Virus record (IMG/VR): IMGVR_UViG_3300011871_000052
Length of the DNA stretch: 64,000 nt
Source: an uncultured virus (IMG/VR IMGVR_UViG_3300011871_000052)
Taxonomy: Duplodnaviria; Heunggongvirae; Uroviricota; Caudoviricetes
Reading direction: 5' to 3' (one strand)
Shown here one piece after another: positions 1 to 6,926 of this stretch. The notes under the pieces were generated by a model. The model did not search any database and was not told the origin of the DNA. It was given only the letters and a program-made list of their open reading frames with translations. Each line of letters starts with the position of its first letter. The first letter of the stretch is position 1. Made by a program: the position numbers and the translations under genes.

Positions 1-3
1 ATT

Positions 4-816
4 ATGAAGTATTTGAATTGTCCTGTAAGTATTGAAGAAGGTACAACTTTAAGAAATTTAATTTTATCCTTAGAGCCTTGGGCTGATATGTTAAGTCGTT
101 ATCTTGATGTTGATTTTAAGAGTTATGTAAAAGAAATAAAAAAAGAAACATTTCATGAAAAGTTAAAAAATGCATGGATTGGTATTGGTAAAAATATAAG
201 ATTTTCAATAGATTTCAAAAAAGAAAAAGATAATTTTGATTTTATAAATGGAGATATTAGAGATTATTTTAATAGAGAGATAAAATATACTGATGAAATA
301 GAAGACAATTTTAGTATAGAACAAGATTTATATGCTACTTATTATATAAAAGGGGAAGAAGAACATTATGGATTGAGTATAGAAAGAGTAAAAGATCTTC
401 CTGTAATTATAAATAAAAAAATAAACATAATAGATTTTACATCAAAAGATAAGCCAGAAGAAATGAGAGCATTAAATAGGAATGCGCACTCACTTAAAAA
501 TATAGATGGATTATCTTTTATTCCAGCTATTGAAGCATACTCTAATATGACTCTTACAGAAGTTTTAAAAGCTATATTTGATAACGGATTTTCTGCCTAT
601 TCTCCAGAAGTGTTTGAATATCATAAAGAGTTAATAACTCAGTCTTTAAATGGAGAAGTTAGAGATTCAGAAGATAATTGGTATGAAGAGCAGCTTGAAA
701 AGATATCTAAAATAAAAGAAAGAGTATATCCAAAAGAAAGTAGGCATGTAAACGTTGAGAATTTAAAAGAAGCTATTGTTCCTGAAGATAGAATCTATAA
801 CAAAATAATAAAGTAA
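4..816 (+). CDS. hypothetical protein (may extend 5' of the window)
   Basis: 270-aa ORF, no recognised motif. Confidence 0.7.
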   Translation: MKYLNCPVSIEEGTTLRNLILSLEPWADMLSRYLDVDFKSYVKEIKKETFHEKLKNAWIGIGKNIRFSIDFKKEKDNFDFINGDIRDYFNREIKYTDEIEDNFSIEQDLYATYYIKGEEEHYGLSIERVKDLPVIINKKINIIDFTSKDKPEEMRALNRNAHSLKNIDGLSFIPAIEAYSNMTLTEVLKAIFDNGFSAYSPEVFEYHKELITQSLNGEVRDSEDNWYEEQLEKISKIKERVYPKESRHVNVENLKEAIVPEDRIYNKIIK

Positions 817-838
817 TATTCAAATATTTAGATAAATA

Positions 839-874
839 AATTCAATAAGCGCAAACGGGATGCGCTTATTGAAT
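839..874. terminator. hairpin between convergent genes, probable terminator
   Basis: ATTCAATAAGCGCA-aacggga-TGCGCTTATTGAAT. Confidence 0.6.
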
Positions 875-875
875 A

Positions 876-1247
876 TCATGATGAAAAAGAAATATTAATA
901 TCAATACCATCATGACTGTTTTTTGTAGCTAAAATATTATAATTAATAAGTTTATTTTTATAATTAAAATATCCGTTTTCTCTACCAATAACGCTTTCAT
1001 TCGTTGTAGTATTATCAATATCAATATTTAAAAGAGTGGTTCCAAGGTTTTTGGCTATAAGATTAATTTCATCTGTAGAATAATTTTCAATCTCTTGATG
1101 ATAAACGCGAAGCTTACTACCTGTATGTGGTCGATATTCAATGAGTATGATTTTTTGAGGTGGAATAGCGGGCATAAGAATAGAATTTTCTGGATATAAC
1201 TTAGTATTATAAAGAGAAATGAAGAAATCTAGTATATTGTTATTCAT
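876..1247 (-). CDS. hypothetical protein
   Basis: 123-aa ORF with AAGGA RBS. Confidence 0.65.
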   Translation of the reverse strand: MNNNILDFFISLYNTKLYPENSILMPAIPPQKIILIEYRPHTGSKLRVYHQEIENYSTDEINLIAKNLGTTLLNIDIDNTTTNESVIGRENGYFNYKNKLINYNILATKNSHDGIDINISFSS

Positions 1248-1382
1248 GATTTTTCCTTAATTAATGTTTCAATAATATTATCATAAGAAAGAAAAATATC
1301 AAAAAATATAAATATTGGCTTGATTATCATTTTTTGTTGTGTAATAATAGTTTAAATAACATTTATAGGATAAGAGGTTTAC

Positions 1383-1517
1383 ATGAATTTCAACTTAACA
1401 GCTACTGCTAAAAACTTGAACGCTACTGCTAACGCAGTCAGCGTTGTTGCTGTTATGGGGATGGGACGCCGTGTGGTGGGTATGGGCGTATCTAAAATTC
1501 ATGGGAGCCGAATGTAA
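1383..1517 (+). CDS. leader peptide, 44 aa, MNFNLTATAKNLNATANAVSVVAVMGMGRRVVGMGVSKIHGSRM
   Basis: AGAGG RBS, sigma70-like promoter at about 1320-1348; 18 of codons 18-36 encode Ala/Val/Met/Gly/Arg; followed by attenuator hairpins. Confidence 0.85.
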   Translation: MNFNLTATAKNLNATANAVSVVAVMGMGRRVVGMGVSKIHGSRM

Positions 1518-1574
1518 AAGTAAAACTTAACATTCACAAAAACCGAAAGGCTCCTGAAAAGGAGCCTTTTTTAT
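1503..1574 (+). promoter_or_regulatory. transcription attenuator (antiterminator/terminator) upstream of the tRNA array
   Basis: terminator AAAGGCTCC-tgaaaa-GGAGCCTTT+T-run (1546-1574); competing GGAGCC at 1504-1509 inside the leader ORF can pair with GGCTCC; inner helix GAATGT/ACATTC. Confidence 0.8.
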
Positions 1575-1889
1575 TGGAAGAAACAAAATAAATCTAAAAC
1601 ATGACATGTTTTGGAATGATTGCTATTATATTAATATAAGTCATTGATTTAAAAGAAAATATTTTAAAAAAGTTATAAAAAAAGCTTGATTTTAAGAAAA
1701 AGATATCATAATNNNNNNNNNNNNNNNNNNNNNNNNNNNNNNNNNNNNNNNNNNNNNNNNNNNNNNNNNNNNNNNNNNNNNNNNNNNNNNNNNNNNNNNN
1801 NNNNNNNNNNNNNNNNNNNNNNNNNNNNNNNNNNNNNNNNNNNNNNNNNNNNNGCAAGATTCACTTCCTACAAAGTGGGTAGGAACAAT

Positions 1890-1965
1890 GGGGATGTAGC
1901 TCAATTGGGAGAGCATCTGCCTTGCAAGCAGAAGGTTGTGGGTTCGAAACCCATCATCTCCACCA
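1890..1965 (+). tRNA. tRNA-Ala(TGC)
   Basis: cloverleaf, G3:U70, encoded CCA. Confidence 0.97.
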
Positions 1966-2042
1966 GCACCTATAGCTCAATTGGATAGAGCGCTTGGCTA
2001 CGAACTAAGAGGTTGGGGGTTCAAATCCCTCTAGGTGTACCA
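1966..2042 (+). tRNA. tRNA-Arg(ACG)
   Basis: cloverleaf, loop CT-ACG-AA, CCA; no spacer after tRNA-Ala. Confidence 0.95.
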
Positions 2043-2049
2043 AAAATAT

Positions 2050-2125
2050 AGTCCATTAGCTCAATCGGGAGAGCGCTTCCTTTACACGGAAGAGGTAGTT
2101 GGTTCGAAACCGACATGGACTACCA
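2050..2125 (+). tRNA. tRNA-Val(TAC)
   Basis: cloverleaf, CTTCC-TT-TAC-AC-GGAAG, CCA. Confidence 0.95.
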
Positions 2126-2130
2126 AGTAT

Positions 2131-2206
2131 GCGAGAATAACTCAGTTGGTAGAGTGCTGTCCTTCCAAGTCAGATGTCGCGGGTTCGAGTCCCGTTTCTC
2201 GCTCCA
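2131..2206 (+). tRNA. tRNA-Gly(TCC)
   Basis: cloverleaf, U73-CCA, U-U mismatch in anticodon stem. Confidence 0.95.
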
Positions 2207-2215
2207 ATATAAAAT

Positions 2216-2294
2216 GCGCCGGAAGTTAAAGTGGAATGGTAACGCTACGCTACGAACGTAGAGCCTGCGAGTTCGAATCTCGCTCGGTGCTCCA
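2216..2294 (+). tRNA. atypical tRNA-Arg(ACG)
   Basis: CTACG-CT-ACG-AA-CGTAG, T-arm GCGAG-TTCGAAT-CTCGC, CCA; A8, 11-nt D-loop, G3:U70, U73. Confidence 0.8.
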
Positions 2295-2297
2295 AAT

Positions 2298-2404
2298 GTC
2301 AGAATAGGCCCAATGGGAAAGGCCGCCGCCCTCAAAGCGGGAATAGCGCTAATCGGATTGATCACCGATGTTCGACGAAGGTTCGAGTCCTTCTTCTGGC
2401 TCCA
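2298..2404 (+). tRNA. atypical tRNA-like RNA, apparent anticodon TCA, very long variable region
   Basis: acceptor GTCAGAA/TTCTGGC+T+CCA, D-stem GGCC/GGCC, 4-bp stem CCGC-CCTCAAA-GCGG, about 36-nt variable region, T-arm GAAGG-TTCGAGT-CCTTC. Confidence 0.7.
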
Positions 2405-2412
2405 TAATAAAT

Positions 2413-2488
2413 GCGAGTGTAACTCAGTTGGTAGAGTGCCGTCCTTCCAAGTCGGATGTCGCGGGTTCAAGTCCCGTCTCTCGCTCCA
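2413..2488 (+). tRNA. tRNA-Gly(TCC)
   Basis: cloverleaf, paralog of 2131-2206, CCA. Confidence 0.93.
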
Positions 2489-2561
2489 GTAAAAATAGTT
2501 TAAGTTATAGAATACTCTGACAACAGAGAGATGTTAGTGAAAAGCTAACTTTTTACACAAG

Positions 2562-2636
2562 GCAGATATAGTTTAATAGGTAGAATAAAACCTTGCCAAG
2601 GTTTAGGAACGAGTTCGAGCCTCGTTATCTGCTCCA
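2562..2636 (+). tRNA. tRNA-Gly(GCC)
   Basis: AAACC-TT-GCC-AA-GGTTT, U73-CCA. Confidence 0.93.
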
Positions 2637-2710
2637 CATAGTTTAAAAGCTTGATGTTTTCATAAAATACAATAAGATATTATTACGCAAATAATAATAG
2701 GAAAAACATT

Positions 2711-3178
2711 ATGAGAATAGAAAAAGATACATATTTACAAAATTTGAGAGTAGGTGATCTCAGACCAATTCAAGTTCCAGAATTGGCATTACTTCATACT
2801 CCTACGGAATATCAAGATTTTCCTGATGAGTTTTTTATGAGGGTAAAAGATGGAAGGATTCCTTTTGGTCAAGAACATGGATATTTATTTTTATCTAAAT
2901 TAGGTACAATATGTTTATTTGATAAAATTTTTGAAGTATTAAAAGAACAATATTTCGACAGTATAGAAGAAATAAAATCAACTTTATCAGAGGAATGTTG
3001 TCCTAATATAAGAAAATCTTATGAAGAATGGTTAGAAAAACTTGGAAAAGAACCAGAAAGAGAAGTTTATTTGAATAAAATATTAGATCAAATTGATAAA
3101 ATAGAGAAAAAAAGTATTAAGTTTTTTATAAAAAATCAGGATAAGTATTTGAATAAAATTTATAAGAAACGAGATTAA
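2711..3178 (+). CDS. hypothetical protein inside tRNA array
   Basis: 155-aa ORF with RBS and own promoter-like sequence. Confidence 0.75.
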   Translation: MRIEKDTYLQNLRVGDLRPIQVPELALLHTPTEYQDFPDEFFMRVKDGRIPFGQEHGYLFLSKLGTICLFDKIFEVLKEQYFDSIEEIKSTLSEECCPNIRKSYEEWLEKLGKEPEREVYLNKILDQIDKIEKKSIKFFIKNQDKYLNKIYKKRD

Positions 3179-3183
3179 GACGT

Positions 3184-3258
3184 GCGTGATTCGTATAGGG
3201 GCTAATATGTCAGGCTTCCACCCTGAAGACGAGGGTTCGATTCCCTCATCCCGCACCA
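3184..3258 (+). tRNA. tRNA-Gly(TCC), divergent, A73
   Basis: TCAGG-CT-TCC-AC-CCTGA, one acceptor mismatch, CCA. Confidence 0.85.
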
Positions 3259-3260
3259 AT

Positions 3261-3336
3261 GGTTTGTTAACTCAGTTGGTAGAGTGCTTCCCTTACAAGG
3301 AAGTGGTCATAGGTTCGAGTCCTATACAAACCACCA
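3261..3336 (+). tRNA. tRNA-Val(TAC)
   Basis: cloverleaf, CCA. Confidence 0.95.
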
Positions 3337-3410
3337 GCAGGTATATTTTAATGGTAGAATCAAACATTGCCAATGTTTAGATGCGGGTTCGATTCCCGCT
3401 ACCTGCTCCA
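3337..3410 (+). tRNA. tRNA-Gly(GCC)
   Basis: AAACA-TT-GCC-AA-TGTTT, U73-CCA. Confidence 0.93.
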
Positions 3411-3416
3411 ACGTAT

Positions 3417-3493
3417 GCGCCTATAGCTCAATTGGATAGAGTATTTGGCTACGAACCAAAGGGTTGGGGGTTCAAGTCCCTCTAGGTGCGCCA
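3417..3493 (+). tRNA. tRNA-Arg(ACG)
   Basis: cloverleaf, CCA, G3:U70 in acceptor. Confidence 0.95.
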
Positions 3494-3576
3494 TATCACA
3501 TAGATAGTATTTAAATTTGATCTTTCTTTTTTATTATGAGATGACTATTTTTTAATCATAATAAAAGGGGTGTGTT

Positions 3577-3795
3577 ATGGCAAATTTAGCAGATGTATTA
3601 GTGGTAGATTTTAATAATATATTTACAATATTTAAAGTAGGAATAGGATTTGCTTTCTTTTATTTTATATTTAATAGTATTTTCGACAAAGCATTAACTA
3701 ATAACAGAAACAATAAAAAAATAAGATCGGTTAATAAAAATAAAATAAACAATGAAAAAATAAAGCCAAATATAAAAGTTAGTTTAAAGAAATAA
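3577..3795 (+). CDS. small membrane protein inside tRNA array
   Basis: one hydrophobic segment, basic tail, RBS. Confidence 0.65.
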   Translation: MANLADVLVVDFNNIFTIFKVGIGFAFFYFIFNSIFDKALTNNRNNKKIRSVNKNKINNEKIKPNIKVSLKK

Positions 3796-3806
3796 TTTTA
3801 AATAGT

Positions 3807-3883
3807 GGTGAGATAGCTCAACAGGTTAGAGCACTGCACTCATAATGCAGAGGTTGAGGGTTCGACTCCCTCTCTCACTACCA
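3807..3883 (+). tRNA. tRNA with CAT anticodon, probably elongator Met (Ile2 not excluded)
   Basis: CTGCA-CT-CAT-AA-TGCAG, paired 1:72, no initiator GGG/CCC stem. Confidence 0.9.
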
Positions 3884-3957
3884 GCGAGTATAGTTCAGCG
3901 GTAGAATAAGACCTTGCCAAGGTTTAGACACGGGTTCGATCCCCGTTACTCGCTCCA
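3884..3957 (+). tRNA. tRNA-Gly(GCC)
   Basis: cloverleaf, U73-CCA. Confidence 0.95.
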
Positions 3958-3961
3958 AAAT

Positions 3962-4067
3962 GTCAGGTAGGCCGTTTGGTAACGGCGAGGCTATCGAAGC
4001 CTGAAAACTACGTTTTAATTTCATATTAAAATTAAATACATTGATAGTTCAATTCTATCACCTGACA
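3962..4067 (+). tRNA. atypical tRNA-like RNA, apparent anticodon TCG, very long variable region, no encoded CCA
   Basis: acceptor GTCAGGT/ACCTGAC, D-stem GCCG/CGGC, 4-bp stem AGGC-TATCGAA-GCCT, about 40-nt AU-rich variable region, T-arm GATAG-TTCAATT-CTATC. Confidence 0.65.
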
Positions 4068-4074
4068 CTTTAAT

Positions 4075-4151
4075 AGACAATTAGCTCAGTTGGTTAGAGC
4101 GTTGCCTTGACATGGCAAAGGTCATCAGTTCAAATCTGATATTGTCTACCA
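4075..4151 (+). tRNA. tRNA-Val(GAC)
   Basis: TTGCC-TT-GAC-AT-GGCAA, CCA. Confidence 0.95.
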
Positions 4152-4278
4152 CTTATATTTTTTAAATAATAACTCTCTATAATCTTAAATTAATAATATA
4201 GGTCACATTTTCTTGTTAAAATATTTTAAATATGATAGTTTTTAAATAATTAAATATTGTATCAAAGGAAATAAATAA

Positions 4279-4713
4279 ATGAATAAGTTAATCTTGAGTG
4301 CATGCGCCATATTATTAAGTGGATGTGTTTATGAACAAAGGCCAGCCCCTATTAATGATGTATCAATAATAGAGGAAAAACCTGTTCAGGTTCAACAACC
4401 AACATCTATGAGCTATCCTTTACCCTCTGCTCCACAAATAAATAATGTGGTTATAAATGAACCCCAACCTATACCAGATCCTGTTCCTGTTACAGAAGTT
4501 CCAAACGAAGAAATAGTAATAGATAGTAAGCCTATATCAGCAGAAACAACTCTTCCAGTAGAACAAGCAACTGTTGTAAATCCATCAGGAGAAAGTTTAA
4601 ATGATGTTGTAGATAGTATTATAGATGCTCCAGCTACTTCAACAAATAATCAAGCTCCAATGGGAACATTTAATAATCCAGTAAGGTTCGATCAATCTAA
4701 AGTATATAAATAA
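4279..4713 (+). CDS. proline-rich lipoprotein
   Basis: lipobox LSGC. Confidence 0.75.
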   Translation: MNKLILSACAILLSGCVYEQRPAPINDVSIIEEKPVQVQQPTSMSYPLPSAPQINNVVINEPQPIPDPVPVTEVPNEEIVIDSKPISAETTLPVEQATVVNPSGESLNDVVDSIIDAPATSTNNQAPMGTFNNPVRFDQSKVYK

Positions 4714-4777
4714 AATAAAAAAGAATAATTATAGAGCAGGTAATAATTATTCTTTTTAGTTTATGTTGATTAACGAA

Positions 4778-6232
4778 CTACCAATCTAAGCAAAGAGCTG
4801 TTTCACTACTATTTTTAACAGTTATCCTCCATTGATCAGCAGCATACTGCTCTACGCCTCTCCATGTATCGTTTTGGTCATTCTCATTACCGTATATTGA
4901 AACACAGACATCATGTTGACCAATATAAGAATAGTTATAAGAGTTATTATAGTTTGTATAAGTATAAAAAGTTTTATTCGGTTTTCCGCCACCAGATCTC
5001 CATACCCCATTAGTACATGATAATAATTGTCCTTCTGGACTTCTTCCTTGTAAACCATTAGGCGCACAACCAGTATTAATATATGCCACTCCATTGATTT
5101 GTAAATATTCATTAGTTGTCATACGACCTCCAGATACAACAGCCGCTGCACCATATACTTGACCATTAGCATCAATATTACCATTGGAATGAACATAACC
5201 TCCATAGAATCCTGCTGTAGTCTGAACATTTTTTCCACCAAAAGCATTTATAGTTGCAGTATCGCCCATGTTCCATCCACCACCATATTTCTGGAAATAG
5301 ATACCTCCATCACCTAATGTTCTGAACCAGTTTTGTGTATACGTTTCACCACGAGAAGTGACAGTAGTTCCCGAAACTGTATTATTAGAGTTTAAGTTTC
5401 CGTTAACTTGCCCATTTCCAGCAACATTAAGATCTGAACCTAATGTAGTAACACCTCCTACATTTAATGTTGTTCCAACAGTAGCAGCAGTATTTGCTTT
5501 TAATATTCCAGTAGTTGTTGTTCCTGATGCTGTTATATCCTGAGTGTTATAAATACTTTGACCACCCATGTTCAGGTTTCCAGTCATAGGAAGTGTTCCA
5601 TCACGTCTTAAGTAAACAGAATACATCGCACTATTATAACCAACCCTATATCCAAGCATACCTGCTTTAGCTATAGCAGGATAACCAGAAGATAAATAAT
5701 TCCAATTGTTTCCATAACCACTAAGTTGCGTTGCGGATTTCGTCATACCACTGTCTATACCAGCCGACTGCATAGCCTTACCCAACAAATCATAACGGAT
5801 ATTTCCACCCTCGATCCATGATGAGTTAGTAACAATAATACCATCTATAATATAATTGGGGCTGGTGCCAGAACGTTTTAATTGGATAGAATAATCAGAG
5901 CCAAAACTATTTCTAGCAACATAAGTTGATGGAAGAAGACCTTCATTAATTAATGTTTGGTAACTAATGCTACATACTGAATTAGAAGTAGTACAAGTTC
6001 TTGGTCCCGGATCGGTTCCAGTTCCTGTTGAATTAGATAAAGTTGATAGCTTATCATAACGAATATTAATATACCCATTAACCGCTTCACCTAATTGTTT
6101 TATTTGTTGACCTGCTGCCGATGCTTTTACTTCTTCCTGATCATGCAACATATCCTGAAATTTTAAAAAAGCTAAAGTTGTACCTACTCCTAGAACAAGA
6201 ATTAGCTCCAATAAACTGAATCCGTTTTTCAT
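4778..6232 (-). CDS. pilV: type IVb pilus tip adhesin, PilV (shufflon N-terminal constant region) family
   Basis: prepilin motif GFSLLE, YLRRDGTLPMTGNL, LLSCTNGVW junction then a short variable C-terminus. Confidence 0.85.
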   Translation of the reverse strand: MKNGFSLLELILVLGVGTTLAFLKFQDMLHDQEEVKASAAGQQIKQLGEAVNGYINIRYDKLSTLSNSTGTGTDPGPRTCTTSNSVCSISYQTLINEGLLPSTYVARNSFGSDYSIQLKRSGTSPNYIIDGIIVTNSSWIEGGNIRYDLLGKAMQSAGIDSGMTKSATQLSGYGNNWNYLSSGYPAIAKAGMLGYRVGYNSAMYSVYLRRDGTLPMTGNLNMGGQSIYNTQDITASGTTTTGILKANTAATVGTTLNVGGVTTLGSDLNVAGNGQVNGNLNSNNTVSGTTVTSRGETYTQNWFRTLGDGGIYFQKYGGGWNMGDTATINAFGGKNVQTTAGFYGGYVHSNGNIDANGQVYGAAAVVSGGRMTTNEYLQINGVAYINTGCAPNGLQGRSPEGQLLSCTNGVWRSGGGKPNKTFYTYTNYNNSYNYSYIGQHDVCVSIYGNENDQNDTWRGVEQYAADQWRITVKNSSETALCLDW

Positions 6233-6446
6233 AAATACCTTTTTTACCATATATTAAACTTTAGCCCGCATTAAATTTACTTTAAGTACAAATAAAACAA
6301 TATTAAAAATATAATTTAACGTCAATAGTGTTGTATAGTTATAAATGTTTTAAGTGTAATTAATTGTTTTTACTTAAAAATATTGCACTATTTTTACTAA
6401 GTGTTACGATTCATAGGTAAAAATAAATAAAATAAGAGGATATATA

Positions 6447-6794
6447 ATGGAAATAAAATGGAGTTCTGATTTTATAAATGAAAAAATTAAAGCAATAATT
6501 AATAATAAAAGTAATAAAAAAATAGTAAATAAATCGACCAGTATAGAAAAAGTAATAGCTCTAGTTAATTTAGAATTAAAAGAAAGGTTAGAACATTTAA
6601 AATATGAAGACAGAGAAACATTGAATTTTTTAGAAGATAATGGAATAACCATAATTATAGAGTTGGATTACCCATTAACTACTAAAAATGAACAATATCT
6701 AAAACAAAATTATGAAGATAAAGGTTATTTCTTCCAATATTGTCCTAATGAACATAAAGAGAAATATTTTATCTGTATAGGTTCAAAAAAATAA
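6447..6794 (+). CDS. hypothetical protein
   Basis: 115-aa ORF, GAGGA RBS. Confidence 0.7.
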   Translation: MEIKWSSDFINEKIKAIINNKSNKKIVNKSTSIEKVIALVNLELKERLEHLKYEDRETLNFLEDNGITIIIELDYPLTTKNEQYLKQNYEDKGYFFQYCPNEHKEKYFICIGSKK

Positions 6795-6926
6795 AAAATT
6801 GGTTAGTTTTATTATAAAAAAGCACGTTTTACCATACCAATTATAGATTTCATACTTGCCATAAAATAATATAGCGGTATAAATGACTTAAGGTAAATTA
6901 TTTTATGGACAATGGGATTAAAGTAA

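Noticed and set aside
1596..1612. Palindrome AAAACATG-A-CATGTTTT as an operator
   Set aside because: Single AT-rich occurrence with no second copy noticed and no candidate regulator; insufficient support.
2298..2404. UGA reassignment or a selenocysteine system
   Set aside because: Genes are intact under the standard code, the few TGA codons sit at plausible gene ends (ogt, tilS, 876-1247), and no selA/selB/selD is visible.
2510..2555. Two small hairpins between tRNA-Gly genes as a hammerhead ribozyme
   Set aside because: The CTGATGA core is absent; more likely spacer structure.
1594..3380. ORF-track entries 1594-1857, 1686-1988, 1692-1916, 2035-2229, 2120-2470, 3186-3380
   Set aside because: They overlap tRNA genes or are mostly N; not proteins.
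3807..3883. tRNA-Ile2 as the TilS substrate
   Set aside because: It resembles elongator Met more and the leader peptide has Met codons but no ATA; not fully excluded.
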